A stretch of DNA of 64,000 bases from Heterodontus francisci (taxonomy: Eukaryota). Each line of letters starts with the position of its first letter. The stretch's first letter is position 1. The stretch is taken from contig NC_090399.1 of the NCBI RefSeq assembly GCF_036365525.1, forward strand, positions 66,520,862 through 66,584,861. Reading direction: 5' to 3'. This document shows, in pieces, positions 63,426 to 64,000 of the stretch. Under the pieces are notes generated by a model. It did not search any database. It had not been told where the DNA came from and saw nothing but the letters and a program-made list of their open reading frames with translations. The translations under genes were made by a program, and so were the position numbers.

Positions 63426-64000
63426 GTGAGCTGTTTGTAACTGATGTTCCCCCTGTGTGTGTACAGTAAGTTTGTGTGGGTGAGGGGGGGTGAGCTGTTT
63501 GTCACTGAAGTTCCCCCTGTGTGTGTACAGTAAGTTTGTGTGGGTGAGGGGGGAGGGGGGAGCTGTTTGGAACTGAAGTTCCCCCTATGTGTGTACAGTA
63601 AGTTTGTGTGGGTGAGGGGGGGTGGGGTGAGCTGTTTGTAACTGAAGTTCCCCCTGTGTGTGGACAGTAAGTTTGTGTGGGTGAGGGGGGGGGGTGTGAG
63701 CTGTTTGTAACTGACGTTCCCCCTGTGTGTGTACAGTAAGTTTGTGTGGGTGAGGGGGGGGTGAGCTGTTTGTAACTGAAGTTCCCCCTGTGTGTGTACA
63801 GTAAGTTTGTGTGGGTGAGGGGGGGGTGAGCTGTTTGTAACTGAAGTTCCCCCTGTGTGTGTACAGTAAGTTTGTGTGGGTGAGGGGGGGGGGGGTGAGC
63901 TGTTTGTAACTGACGTTCCCCCTGTGTGTGTACAGTAAGTTTGTGTGGGTGAGGGGGGGGTGAGCTGTTTGTAACTGAAGTTCCCCCTGTGTGTGTACAG
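63426..64000. repeat. 64-69-bp minisatellite GTGAGCTGTTTGTAACTGAAGTTCCCCCTGTGTGTGTACAGTAAGTTTGTGTGGGTGA(G)n, 9 copies, open at the window end
   Basis: The CAG of successive copies ends at 63466, 63530, 63598, 63667, 63736, 63801, 63866, 63935 and 64000. Length varies mainly in the G run. Confidence 0.97.

Overview
Eukaryotic vertebrate DNA, most likely a shark or other cartilaginous fish (inferred from the MHC protein style and repeat families, not from a database search). The window holds the core of one + strand MHC class I heavy-chain gene: alpha1 (7278-7538), alpha2 (9280-9552), alpha3 (53822-54097) and connecting-peptide/TM (63141-63266) exons. All four have GT-AG phase-1 junctions and splice to 312 uninterrupted codons; the leader and cytoplasmic exons are not visible here. 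The protein looks nonclassical, with Y7F, Y59F, Y171F, K146E and Y123A at peptide-anchoring positions. About 80% of the window is intronic tandem repeat: a >7.2 kb nearly AG-free ~45-bp array running into the alpha1 acceptor, a 43.7 kb 47/48-bp hairpin satellite with kb-scale higher-order repeats between alpha2 and alpha3, and smaller arrays at the alpha2 acceptor, the alpha2 donor and after the TM exon. Several arrays look like amplified copies of the gene's own splice signals. The remainder is nested CR1/L2-type LINEs, a tRNA-derived SINE and Penelope-like elements with hammerhead ribozyme motifs. Almost all ORFs in the supplied track are repeat or transposon artefacts.
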